Shown: positions 38,774 through 51,650 of the stretch, piece by piece
How positions within the stretch are numbered: position 1 is the first letter of the stretch
Layout: the number at the start of each line of letters is the position of its first letter
NCBI GenBank assembly: GCA_024137785.1
Contig: JAHRHZ010000046.1
Span: forward strand, 31,286,320 to 31,350,319
Direction of reading: 5' to 3'
Origin: Ginglymostoma cirratum
Taxonomy: Eukaryota
Length of the DNA stretch: 64,000 nucleotides
Notes under the pieces: generated by a model
Told to the model about the DNA's origin: nothing
Seen by the model: the letters and a program-made list of their open reading frames with translations, nothing else
The model's database searches: none
Position numbers and translations under genes: made by a program

Positions 38774-41109
38774 TGGGATAGCAGTATTGCCTTATCCTAT
38801 CAAGTTTCTGATCATATCAGATTGCACTTAATTTATCTTCATCACCAGATTGGGAGTAGGTGGATTTGCAGGTTTCTTCAATCAGAAAAAAAGGCACTCC
38901 ACCCACATTGCATATATTTAATCGCTCGCTGCATTCTCTTCACCTGTAATCAAAGTTACCAAACAACTTGTAGAAAATCTACTTCATATCTGCAGAAATA
39001 TTTGACACAAGATTGAAACTTTTTATTTGGCTGTACTTTTCCCATAATAAAAAGGACAAAAGAGCAACTTACAGCACATGTATGTACACTTGTATTAAAT
39101 ACTTCTTGGTTACCTCATTATTCACTAAAATTAAGTGTTCTAACATTTCAGAAACCCTTCAGCATCTGTGTCGAAAACAAACTGGGGAGTTGCCGTGTGT
39201 GACAAAGTGATGAAAAAAAAATTCAACAAGGTTTTTACATTAATTGTCACATGCCCACGATATAAGCATATGGCAATTACATAGTTACAATTTAGGGTTG
39301 AGAGAAACAGATTATTTTGGGTAGTTTATATCTTCATACATTTGGTTGCAGCAACATCACAGTTCCATCTGGTTCAGACAGGCAACTTTTCATCTTTTCT
39401 TTTGCCCGTCTGAAAGCTGGGTGGCCCCAGGAAATATCAATATATCTATAATTTTTAACAAAGAAAACACACTTTACATCACCTCCAATATATATCAGTA
39501 AGAGTGATTGCTGGGTTTCAAACATTGAAAATTTTGAACAATTGCCAGCTTTAATAATTCAAAGGTCCCAAGAGTAGGAATTGATCAAACCGTGCTTTAA
39601 AAAAAACTCACTAACAATTAACCAAAATTAATTTGACTGTTGATTTGAACTGAAGAATGTCACCAAAAATTCTTCAAAAAATAAACTCAATTTTGCATGC
39701 TCATTTTTTGCAGTCTTTAAGTATCTGTTCCATTTTAAAAGGGAGGAATAATGATGTAATCCTCCATACATACCAACCTTTGTATCCAGCTGTCAGCACT
39801 GCAGGATAAGTGAATGGATTCCATAGCACTCTGTGGTGCTGTTTCATCAGTCAGCTCAGCTAAGGTGTAACACATTGCTGTTTATCTTTTGCGCCTGATT
39901 CAAGAGTTGCAGAAGTCAGAAACCCAAAGAGGCAACAAAGGCCGATGATTATCATTGCACTTTGAGCACAGCGACAACTCAAAGTCTCAGGCAGATCTAA
40001 TGGAAAAGTTGTTTTAAAAAAAAGTCAAAATTAAACTGAAAATGTTGCCTCTGTCATTGAGAATAGACGTAATACTGTTACCACAATGTGTTGCATAGAA
40101 ACTACATCAAACCCTCCGAAGTGACTGACTGAAATCTATAAATTAATTGGAACCTTTCAAGGAAATGTATTCTACCACAGCTATTTCCTCCCATAACCAC
40201 AGTCACACAATTACAGGGCTTTCTAAGACACAACTGTTCTAATTTTTTTCTCATTTACTTGACTGAAGCTACTAGGTCCATACTGAGAGTAACATTAATG
40301 AACCCTTGTCACTCTCCTGAAATCAATTGTCCACATGCATGAACTGAAGCAGTGAAGAGTCAGCTTTGTGAAGGCTTCACAAGCAAAGTACAATCTTGCC
40401 TTCACCTAATATCCATTGATTCATCCTCCTAGCTACTGATCAACAATGTACCCAATTTCCAAAAAAAGGCTCTTCTGTGAAAAGAAAATCATTTATCCAT
40501 GCAACTCACTGTGATTTCAATTAAATGAACGTAATTTTCACCCCCAAAAGTAGGTTGCTTTGGGTTGCATGCAAAATAAAGACAAAAAAAATCTGAAAAT
40601 CCCAAAATTGATCAAACCAGAGAATAAAAGGCTGGATCTGGACAAGAAGAAACAGCAGTGTTTCCTCCAGGACCAACAAGTTTTCTTGTGCACACCCCCA
40701 CCCCAACCCCGCTCATCACCATCATTTGCCAAATTCCCACTACCTCAAATGCAGACTCTCCAAATTCCCCTTCCCACCAACAGAATGTAACTCACCCAGT
40801 CTACTCCCTCTCCCTATAATCTTCCCTTTCCCAGATCACAGAATCTTCCCAATGTCATCCTCCTTTCTGCCTCTGCCTCAAACCTTAGCTGTGGCACAGT
40901 GCTGAGGCCAGCAGCCTCTCAGTATATGCTTCTCATCCAGTGCTTCTACCCTGCTCCCTTTCCATTTCTCCATAAATAAGATTAATAATCTGTGAATTTT
41001 ACAGGACAGCAAATGCTGAGACTGAATTTAAAACCTGTATCATCCAGAGGAATATACTAGTAATCTACTAATTGCACCATGCAGTTATGTCTTGAATACA
41101 GCATCTAAC

Positions 41110-43616
41110 ACAAGTACTGTATATGAGGGACTTGGTTAGGTGGATAGGAAGGACTTATATTAATTAGTGGAGATGGCTATAACCAGAGGAGGTATTGATT
41201 TCAAGTAATTGGTGGAAGGTAAGTTGAAAACATTAAACTGTTGACCCATCTTTGATGAGTTAATGGCATGGATTGACCATGGAGGTATGATATTGTTGCC
41301 ATCATAGAAATATGGTTAAGGGAACGGCTGGACTGGCAACCGAACATTCGGGGTTTAGGAACTATAGGCAAGACAGAGGAGTATGTAAAAAAGAGTGTTG
41401 ATGTAGCATTACTAATTACGGAGTCAATTACTGCAATAAGGAGAGATGATATCTTGGAAGGGTCCTCAAATGAGGCTTTGTGGGTAAAACGTAGGAACTC
41501 GAAGGAGCAGCCACTCTACTGGGAGTGTACTATAGGCCCCCAAAGAGTCAAAGGGAAATAGAGGACCAAAGATGTAGACAGTTAAAAAAGATATGTATGT
41601 TAGAGTAATAATCAGGTAACTATACTAGGAGATTTCAACTTTCCCAACCTAAGTTGGGATAGTCTTAGGGTTAAGGGTTTAGAGGGGGAAACATTTCTTG
41701 AGGATATCCAGGGGATTTTTTTTTGTATGAGTATGTAGAAGACCCTACAAGGGACAGCACACTGCTGGATCTGGTTCTGTGGAAAGAAGAAAAACATGTG
41801 TACGATGTGGCAGTGGGGGAACATTTTAGCGATAGCGACTACAATTTGGTACGGTTTAAATTTATTCTGGGCAAGGAAAAAGATGGCCTGCAAAAGATGG
41901 CTTTAGATTGGAGGAAGGCAAACATAAAGAAGGTTCCAGCCTTTTAATTCCCCTCTGGCTACCGGGGAAGAGCCAGAGGACTGGAGAATGGCTAATGTGG
42001 TTCCACTTTTCAGCAAGGGTGGTAGAGATGAATTGGGAAACTACAGACCGCTAAGTCTCACATCCGTGACAGGGAAACTTTTGGACAAAATTCTGAAGGA
42101 GCAAATTAATACCCACTTGGAAAGACATGGGCTAATTAGGGATGATCGACATGGTTTTGTCAGAGGGAGGTCATGCCTAACAAATTTGTTAGAATTTTTT
42201 GAAAATGTGATCAAGTGTGTGGATGAGAAAAGTTCAGTTGATGTAGCTTATGAGGATTTTAGCAAGACTTTTGACATGATCCTACTTGGAAAACTGATTA
42301 AGAAGGTTAAAGCACCTGGAACTGAGGAGAACTTGGCAAGTTGGATCAGAAACTGGCTTCGTAATAGGACACAATAATGGTAGAAGGTTGTTTGAGTGAC
42401 TGGAGGCCAGTGTCCAGCAGTGTACCACAAGGATCAGTGCTGGGATTCCTATTATTTGTCATGTACATGACAGATACAGTTGTAAATGCGGGAGGAATGT
42501 CAAGCAAATTTTCAGACAAGATCAAGATTGGTCGAGTGGATAACAGCAAAGAAGATGGTTGTAGGTTGCAGGAAGATATAGCTGGATTTATCAGATGGGC
42601 AGACCAGTGGCAGATGGTATTTAACCCTGATGAGTTGGAAGAAGAAACAAGATGAAGGAATATTTAAAGAATGGCAGGACACTAGGTAGCTCAGAAGAAC
42701 AGAAGGATGTTGGGGTAATTATTCACAAATCCCTGAAGTCGGCAGAGCATGTGAATAGGATAGTTAAGGCCGCATAAGGAACACTTGTTTTCATCAGTCG
42801 TGGCATAGTGTATAACAGCAAGGAGGTAACGTTGGAGTTGTACAGAATGTTAGTCAGGCCACAGCTGGAGTACTGTATGCAGTGCTGGTCACCTAATTAC
42901 AGGAAGGATGTGATAGCACTGGAGGGGGTACAGAGGAGGTTCACCAGGATGTTGCCTGGGATGGAGAAATTGAGCTATAAGGAGAGATTAGAGGGGCTTG
43001 GATTGTTTTCTTTAGAGCAGAGAAGACAGAAAAGGGACATGATTGACATGTATAAGATTATGAGGGGTATGGACAGGGTGAATGGAGAGCAGCTGTTCCC
43101 CTTAGTTGAGAGGTCAATCACGAGGGGGCATAGCTTTAAGGTGGTTGGCAGAAGGATTACAAAGGACATGAGGAAAGACCTTTTCACCCAGAGGGCTGTG
43201 GATGTTGGGTATGAAATAACTCCACAGGGGCCAGGATCCAATCACCAAGTCACCCGTTATTTACACATGGACAGGGATCCAGCTCCCTCAGGGCCAGCTC
43301 TCAGAGTGAACAGAACCTCTGACACTCCTGTTTATAGCTGTCAGCGAGGGGTCCCTGATTGGACCAGATCAACAGCCCCAGTCAAGGAACTCATAATTTA
43401 TGAGGTCCACCTGGCTGTCCTTGTTACAATCACTACAGGGAGTTTATTTGGAAATCTTCAAATCATTTCAAAGGAACAGAGATCTACACTTCCAATGCTG
43501 TAACTTGAAAGGTGCTATTCACAAACATCAGATTGGCAGCTAGCTTATTCAGACAGCGCAAACATCATGGGCTGAATGGCCCCTTTCTGTGCTGTAACTT
43601 TTCCATCATTTTATTT
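41110..43616 (+). mobile_element. CR1 LINE with APE endonuclease and RT remnants, internally deleted and frameshifted
   Basis: EN: YDIVAIIEIW, GVYYRPP, ILGDFNFP, PTRDSTLLDLVL, HFSDSDY. RT: WRMANVVPLFSKG..GNYRPLSLTSVTGK, HGFVRGRSCLTNL, DFSKTFD, VPQGSVLG, LVRPQLEYC..WSP, LEGVQRRFTRMLPGM. 3' UTR gggctgaatggcccctttctgtgctgta. Confidence 0.95.
43203..43437 (-). mobile_element. Solo LTR (~235 bp) inserted in the CR1
   Basis: TGT...ACA termini. Minus strand has CCAATCAGG, CTATAAA and an AATAAC polyA-like signal. Flanks tgga/ggga (4 bp, 1 mismatch). It interrupts the CR1 frame after FTQRAV. Confidence 0.75.
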
Positions 43617-45944
43617 CAAATCACACGAGGGTTCTACCCTTTTGTCCCCAGATCTTAGCACAACATTGTAGATGTATCGGATATTGAATCAGCTTCCATT
43701 CAACAAAGGAACTCAAGACTGTTTGCTGAACTCTGATATTAAAGGTACGAAAGACAGATTCAAATTCATAACAATAACCAATAAGAATATAGTAGAATAC
43801 ACAGCACAGGCTAGACCAATCAGCCAAGTTAACCGGAAAGTGCAAAATTCTACCCTCCACACTCTATGATAATGGGGCTTAAATGCTTTAATAATCACAG
43901 GATAATGATAGCAAGATTAAAAGAGTTATAAAAGCCAGATGTACTGTTAGTGACATGGGTTGACACATCATTTGTGTATTCCTGTGACCTTCTTCTGTGC
44001 ATGAATTTAAAGTGGTATTTATCCACTTATTTTAAATGAGAAATTCATTCTATTGGAAAAAAAGAGATACCATACAAATGTGATTAAAATCCATCTGCTG
44101 TTGTCCTTAAGAGCAATTTCTAATCTTGTGTTTATAAGGTGTTAGAAAGAGATGACCTAAAAGTCCACTCCATTGTCATAACCAAAGTGAACTGGGGCTC
44201 CTGACAGCTTGGTGACATACATGCCAAACTCCATCAGATTTCCCTGAGCCTAACGACTTGCATAATATCGGGTAGGCATTAGCAGCAATGTATTCACTGG
44301 TTGGGCATTCTCTAGGTCGGGGAACTAGTCGAGCTGAAAACTTCTGTACAATCTTGCCAACGATGCATTTAACAGAAGACCCAACTCACATGATCATTTT
44401 TTGAGAATTGTAGGTCTGATTACAGCTTGAACTCCTCTTATGATCCCCATTTCTTCACATGAAGCTTTAACTTTTGCAAGCAAACTTTATGAGTTCGGAC
44501 AGCAGTGGTGGTGAAAATTCTAGCAAGTAACACCATCCTTCCAATCTGTCTCCGCTTATTTTGTCAAGTTTCAAAGGGAAAGGGGTGACAAATAACCACT
44601 CACTCCCTGCACAAGGCATCCTGACTTCAAGCTTAATGAAGTAGAAACCAATGTGACCACGTCCTACCCCCTTTCCTGTTGCTGTGATTCTCTGTCCACT
44701 TTGATTCAATTAATCAGAGAAAAAATTGAAGTCCTTCAAATAAAAGCCAATGTTTGATTGGCAATTAAAAACAGGAAAATATTAAACAAACGACTCACAG
44801 CTTAATTTATAACATGCACATGTCACATTGCAAACTAATTCTGCCTTAATACAGACCACCTGTTTCATTGCTTTTTCAGGTTGGCATGCATGCAATCAAT
44901 ATTTTGGATACTTATTGAAATGGTTGTGACACATAAGGGATATTGGAGATGAATCAGATATGATCTTCCCAATTAGGCGGTGTGGGGAGAAAAGTAGAGT
45001 GAGATTTAACTTGATCTGCCTGGGTGGGGGGTGCAAACTGACACATTTGGATTTGCCAGTTTTTAAATGAGGCGCAATGTAAAGCTGGCGGCCAAATAAG
45101 TCAGGCTCCAAGCCATCTCCTGTTTCACAGGATTGTTCGGTATTTTGTACGTTGGTCTTGTGATTCTGAAGACAACTCTTCAAGATGCCTCCTGTTCCAC
45201 ATGTCCAGGGCAGCAACGTGGCAAACTGCTCCTCTTGTTGCTGCCTTTGTTTCCTGTCTATTTTGCCCACATGCACTGGTTTCCCTTTGTCAGCCGTGAG
45301 GAAGGGTTGGGGGTGGGGGCATATTGTTAAATGTCTGACAGCCAATGTATGAGGATGAACTGTTTAACAAAGTTTGATTCAAAGCTCTGTTTCCCCTTCC
45401 TCAACTGTTCCCATATCATCCTCTACCTCTCCACCCCAGCCCCGCACAAACTACACTCTAGAGATTTGCAAGTGTCCTTTTTTGCTATTAACATTTTATT
45501 AACACGCTGCAACCAATCTATTTAGGCCAGCTATCCTCCAAATGGGTTGAGATTAATGTCTGAAGCCATAGTCCACTCTGCTGTTTGACTATCAAACATT
45601 GCTTAGTTTATACACTGGTGAACTCACCATTTTGCAGTTTAAGAATAACAATAAGATTACAGATGTACCTCAACTAACCAGTTTTCACTCATTCTCACCG
45701 ATAAAAATAATACATTGCATAAATCTATCCTTTAAAAAAACACCTTCATTGAATGCAGATAAACCGAAACTACTGGAAATGATAATTAGCACCTCGATCC
45801 AAATAAAGCTTCAACATTGTATTGTATAACAGTTGTTTTAGGGAGATGGAATAGTCCTCTGGAGAAAAGAAATTTAACTTGAGTCATAACCAGATATTAC
45901 TGGATCTGGTCTGTAGCATCTGCAGCAATATCTCAACACTCTTC

Positions 45945-46300
45945 ATAGTTTAGAAGTACATATTTGGCTGTAATCATTGTTGCCACATAGGAAGCATAGG
46001 CAACACGCTATAAGGTCCCAGCAACAGCAATCAGCAGATAATTTATTTCACAGATGTTGGTTGAGGGGTAAATATTTGCACAGGACAATGTTGAAAATAG
46101 TTCTTCAAAATAGTACCATGTGATCTTTTACGTCCAGCTGTGAGGACAGACAGGAGCCCAGTTTAATATCTCATCCAAAAGATGGTGTTTCCAATCGTGC
46201 AGCGTTCATCCAGTATTGTGCTGGCACGTTGTCCTAGATGTTGTATTTAAATCTCATGGGTGAAACTTGAGCCCACAAGCTTTTGACTCAGAAATGAATC
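45945..46300 (-). mobile_element. Deu-domain SINE (SacSINE1/AmnSINE1-like)
   Basis: gatgttggttgaggggtaaatatt...atcttttacgtccagctg...gtttaatatctcatccaaaagatgg...cttgagcccacaagcttttgactcaga: reverse complement of a tRNA-like head plus Deu core. Confidence 0.75.
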
Positions 46301-48009
46301 ACAGATCATCTGATAATTGGGAAAAAAAATGTTCTGACTTTTTACTTTATCACTTAGACTCAAAATTGTGACACTTGTTCAACCTACTTTATAATGACAA
46401 AACAGAAACTTCTATTTAAAGGTGGCTGAAAATAAACTTATTTTGGAGTGATAGTAATCTATTTCAATAGAGCCAATTTATTATAAAATACTGAGGGAGC
46501 ATTTACAGGGGAGGAGGGGAGGGGAGGACCCCTTTCCATTGCGAAGTTCTGATCAAGAATACATAAAATGCTTCGTACAGAGTCTCTTTGATACATTACA
46601 GCAAACCACTGTGGTCCTCCTGAGGACTGTTTCTAGGAATACACTTGCTATTTACCAGTTCAAGGGCAGACAAGAGATTACTGCAGGGGTTCAACAATTA
46701 AATTGTACTTCTGCTGCTGGCAACCTTTTGACTTTGCAGCTCCAAGATTTGCACATATACAAATGCAGCCTCTGCTGCCTGAAATATTCAGAGTTTAAAA
46801 ATTTACTTAGCCAAATAAATGACTATTACTGGACATCTTTGTTTAGGAAATCTCCTTTCTGTGTTAATTAAACTGGTAACTTAATTAGCACCAGAATCAA
46901 TGCAGATGGCAGTACCAGCGTGTTTTTGGCAAAAGCTCCAATCTGGCCAGCATTGCTTGCTGAATGCAATACCCCATTTAAGTGGTGTAGCAAATTTGCA
47001 TTTGCTATGAATTTACATTTGCAATTGCAGCAACTGGCCGAGTGTAATTAATGATGTGTGAAGGGCAGAGCAAGAAAATCAGTTTCAAACTCACTCACTG
47101 CTTGATTTGAGGACTGTCTCTTCTTTCAAATCATCCTGAATCAACTTGTGAGCTCAGCCAAAAGCATCAGTTTAATCAGGAAACATGGTCCTGCTAAAAG
47201 GAATGAGATTTCTCTACATTGCAGCAGAGCAGAGTGCATTTACTGAGTCAATAAAATATTGCAACATATCACTATAGGTCAGAGGCTGTTCACAATGAAA
47301 AAATGATCATTAACATGCTGGCGAGATGTAATTTAATGATTTGTCTTCTTGCGCATCTTGTTGGTGCTGCAACCGTTACCTGTGGTGAATTAGTCACTGG
47401 GAATCTGACAGCCTAGGGTAGAATAACTTGCTCAGGTAAAATTCAGGATTGGGAAATGGAACCTCATAAGTCGGTTGTTAGTGGCTATTGGTTCAAATAG
47501 ACAAAAATAATGCTGCATGAGTTGCTGAGAGAAGGTCATTCCTTCCCTCTAAGAATGGTCATGAGAGACACAGTCTTTCTAGCAACTTTTCAGAAAATGA
47601 ATAAGCTAAGGAAAATTATTCAGTCAGAGCACAAATGACAAATTACACAGTTCTCTTCAACATACTGCAATGGAATGTGGCTGACCACTTATCCTTCAAT
47701 TATCTCTAAGGTATTGGTTGAACTTGCTGTTAGTTAGAAAATGCACAAAGTGCATGCGCATTTCCGGTCAGAATGCCAACTTGTCCCAATTATTTTGTCA
47801 TTTACCTCACCACATTCTGCAGGATTTAACAACATTTTTTCCATCCATCATAAAACTGCAACGCAGTGCCTTCCCATCCCAAAACATTCTGAGGGGTGAA
47901 ATTGCTCTGTACCAACAGTGCTAAATGGGTCTCAGTGAATTGGCAGCCTGTTATAGACGGCACCAGTTTTTAATTTCATTAATTTGGAAAATACTGTCAA
48001 GATCTTTAG

Positions 48010-48255
48010 TTTCAAGTTAGGGACAACTTTTTTTTTATACAAAGAGTGGTTTGTGTGTGGAATGAAGTGCCAGGGAATGTGTTGGATGCAGGTACAGTTG
48101 CAACATTTAAAAGACATTTGGATAAGTTCACGAACAGGAAAGGTTTGGAAGGATATGGGCCAAATGTAGGCAGGTGGAACTAGTTTAGTTTGGGAACAAG
48201 ATTGATGGGGGCTGATTGAATTGAAGGGTCTGTTTCTATGCTGTATGACTATAAT
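48010..48255 (+). mobile_element. CR1 3' end fragment
   Basis: Similar to 6100-6350 (gtgtgtggaatga...caacatttaaaagacatttggata...gaagggtctgtttctatgctgtatgact). Confidence 0.85.
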
Positions 48256-50635
48256 TCTGTAAGATTACATGCAACTTATAAACAAAAGAGGGCATTGCAG
48301 TTCAAATATAGTACTTAACATTACATCATGGTGAAATAGACATATAAAAATGTTATATTTTCTACACAGTATCACAGGCATCCAAAGGCACAAAGGGCAG
48401 TATTCAAATAACTTAAACATTTTCCTTTTATGGAGATTTGGTGGTTCCTTTATACAGCTAACTCTCTTCAATGTTTAATTTCCATATAGTACTCTTGTCA
48501 TTGTAGGTCAGAAAACAAGAAAATTTAGCTTCAGAACTAATGACTTAATATGGCTGCTGTTTAAATATTAAATATAATATCAGTGCAACAAAACTGTCAT
48601 CCTTTTTTGAAACAAGATGCTCAATTGTCACTTTTCTCTTGCTTTGAGGGGTTCAGGCAAACAGTGCCATGTATTTACCAATCACCAACTTCTCTGAGAT
48701 CATGACTCAAATCCTTTCTTTGCAAATGTTGAATGCAAACTGAGAGAGAGGAGAGTGAAAACTGGGTTAAGGATTAGCAGCATGATGATCTGCATCTCAA
48801 TATTCAAAAATAAAATGCCAAGCATGGAAAGCTTGCACAGCATGTATCCCATTCTTCAGCTGCCCCTCAGAAACAAGATTTGAAAAGGGATATTTTAATA
48901 GCTCTTTCCCACTCACCCCAAGAACAAACGTGGATTGTTTTACTAGTGTGCACAGCCTATAGCCTATCCATTTGATACAGCACAGCTGTCTACTGACTGA
49001 ATGTCAGGAAAAAGTTATGTAAAGGAAAATAAAACAAAAATGGATGTAATTTCCAGTTCTAATAACAACATAAACAAAATTTGCCGAATTATTTTCCTTT
49101 TGAATTTGGGGCATGTTTTCCCCCCACCCATATAGTTCCATCTTTGTAGGGAAAATCACTCCCAAACTGCTTCCTTCATGGCAAAGCATAAAGGAAGGGA
49201 AAACCTCAGCCTCTAGGTAAACTAGTGCCTACTTTCAGTACTGTAGTTACAATAGCAAACTGGATTTAGCCCAGTGGATGATAACCCTTTTTCATAGTGT
49301 AGTCCAAAGTAAGTGGTAGGAGGTTAGTGATTGTATGAACTTGAAATTACAAAAAAAACCATGTCAAATATCAGAGGTCTCTTCTTGGAAAATTGTTCAG
49401 GGAATTTTTGACAGATTGTACGGTCTCTGTTTTTTTAAGTATTAGACGGCTCAAATTTTGAAAATAAATTCAAATATGAACAGATAAATTCTGTGTGTCA
49501 AGTAGCCATGTGTAGCACTGATAAACTAAACTTGGGACAGGATTTTTCTCCCCAAAGGCATAAACCCAGTGATTCACTTGTGGATAGAATGAAAGTCACA
49601 GGTAACTACTGTTTGGGTCATAAGCCAGTTCTATATAAATTAATAGATTTTGGTTTTGTGATGTTGACATTATTTGATCTCATTACAATTAGAAAATTAT
49701 AAAATCCAGATTTCCTTGCCTTTCTGACAGTGTTGGTATAATATGTATAAATTTCCACACTGCCACTTGTTTCTCTCTAAAGTAAAACCACATCTTGTAT
49801 GTTTCTCTGCAGCTGATCTCAACAGAACAGAAGTTGGATTTTTCCTTGCAACACAAATTTCATAGCCAAGCTGCACCTAAACAGCAGTAATGAGGAGTCA
49901 GTCTAAATGTTATGAAGACAGAGCACACATTTGTTTTCTAATTGATGATATCTCGCACAACTTTTAATTTCACCATCTTCTTTCACTTTGGGTTCTCAAC
50001 TCATTACCCTTTCTGAATACTTAAGTCAATAACTGACTGCACACAATATAAAGTGTGAATGTATCTGTGTCAAGGCTTGGAAGAAAGCAGTTTCAGAACT
50101 TGGACTTAGTGTGACACAAAGTATGACTGATATGCAATGTATAATAGAAACAAGAACTTGAATTTGCAACTTGTCCTTTCAGAGCAATGATATCTACAGG
50201 TAAATCTACACGTCTTTCCCCTGGGTTACTCTTGGATAACTGCTGCTAAAAATGCTTCTTGCAAATCACTCACTGGAAGTGACTACCTCGCTTGGAATGT
50301 GGGCAAAGCTTGAATCCACTAAGACCTGACACCATCAGACATCTAATTTTCTTCAAATACTTTTCATTTCAAAAAAAAAGTATCGTCACTTTATTCAGTT
50401 AACACATTTCCCAACACAACTTTCTTAAGGTGCAATCTTTTATTAAATCTTGTAACAGAACAGAGTTTGACAAAGCTTGAACAGAGGCTAAACACATGAC
50501 TAAATATGAACACCTCAGTAAACATCATCTCATCCAAAATCCTACCGTACATATCTTATTTTGAAGTGCTGGCAACAAGTGCTGCTCTCCAGCAGTTCTG
50601 TTCTTTTTGATCTGCATTAGCTCCCCGTCTTAAAA

Positions 50636-51650
50636 TCATAGAATCATAGTTTGATACAGCACAGAAGAAATCAGTGTATGTGTGCCAGCTTTTGAAAGAG
50701 CTATCAGATTAGTTCTAACCGCTGCTACCCACTACTTCTGTAAATGTTTCATCTTCAAGTATTTACCCAAGTCACTTTTGAAGACAACTATTGGATCTGC
50801 TTCCATACCCTTAAAGGCAATGTATTCCATATCAATATAATTCACTGCATAAAACATAAAAATAAGTCCTTATGATTCCTTTAGCTAGCCCCCACAGTGA
50901 TCTCAAAAGCTGCAACCTCTGGTTAACAAAGTTCTGAAAATTGAAGCAGTTTCTCCTTATTTGTCCTATGAGAAACATTAATGACTTTGAATGTCATTAT
51001 TAAATTTCATCTTCTTGTTCTAAGGAGCACTAATCCTAGTTTCTCCAATATTATTATCTTCTAAGATCGTTGCATCCTTCCTAAAGCATAGCACCCAGAA
51101 CTGAACATAAGATTGCACGAGGGGCCTAACAATGGTTTTATAGAGAGTTTCACATAACCTCCTTACTACAAAACCCAATTCTGTCCTACTAAAACCTAGA
51201 ATCCCAAATGCTTTATCACCAGTATTCTCAACTTAACCTCTCACCCTCAGAAGATTTCTAAGCATACGATCCAGGTTTTGCACAAATTTAAATTGTCCTA
51301 TTTAGTTTATATTGCCTCTTTTCATTCTTCTCAAAATAAATTCACAATTAAATGCATTACATTTCATTTCTCATGTATATGTCTACTTCACCCGTCTGCC
51401 TACGTCCTTGTGAATTGGGTTACTTTCCCTCCTTGTTCCTCACTAGATTATAGAGTTCTGTGTCATCCGTAAATCTTGAAATTCTGCCCAGTAAGCCCAA
51501 ATCCAGGTCATTAATATATATCAATCCGTGGGAAACAGCGTTGTTTATTTCCAGTCTGAAAAGCAACCATTCACCACAACTATCTACTTTCTGTTCCTTA
51601 GCCAATTTTGTACGCATGCTGCCACTGCCTATTTCATCTCATGGGCTTTA
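50636..51650 (-). mobile_element. Old CR1 3' fragment
   Basis: Starts with an atcatagaatcatag tail. Minus-strand ...LIYINDLDLGLLGRISRFTDDTE is an RT YxDD-region remnant. Confidence 0.8.

Noticed and set aside
37188-39016. Several plus-strand ORFs and the 256-aa minus ORF 37422-38192
   Set aside because: They are antisense or off-frame shadows of the C-rich PLE coding region.
42808-43503. 231-aa ORF as a novel gene
   Set aside because: It is the CR1 ORF2 C-terminus read through into an inserted solo LTR.
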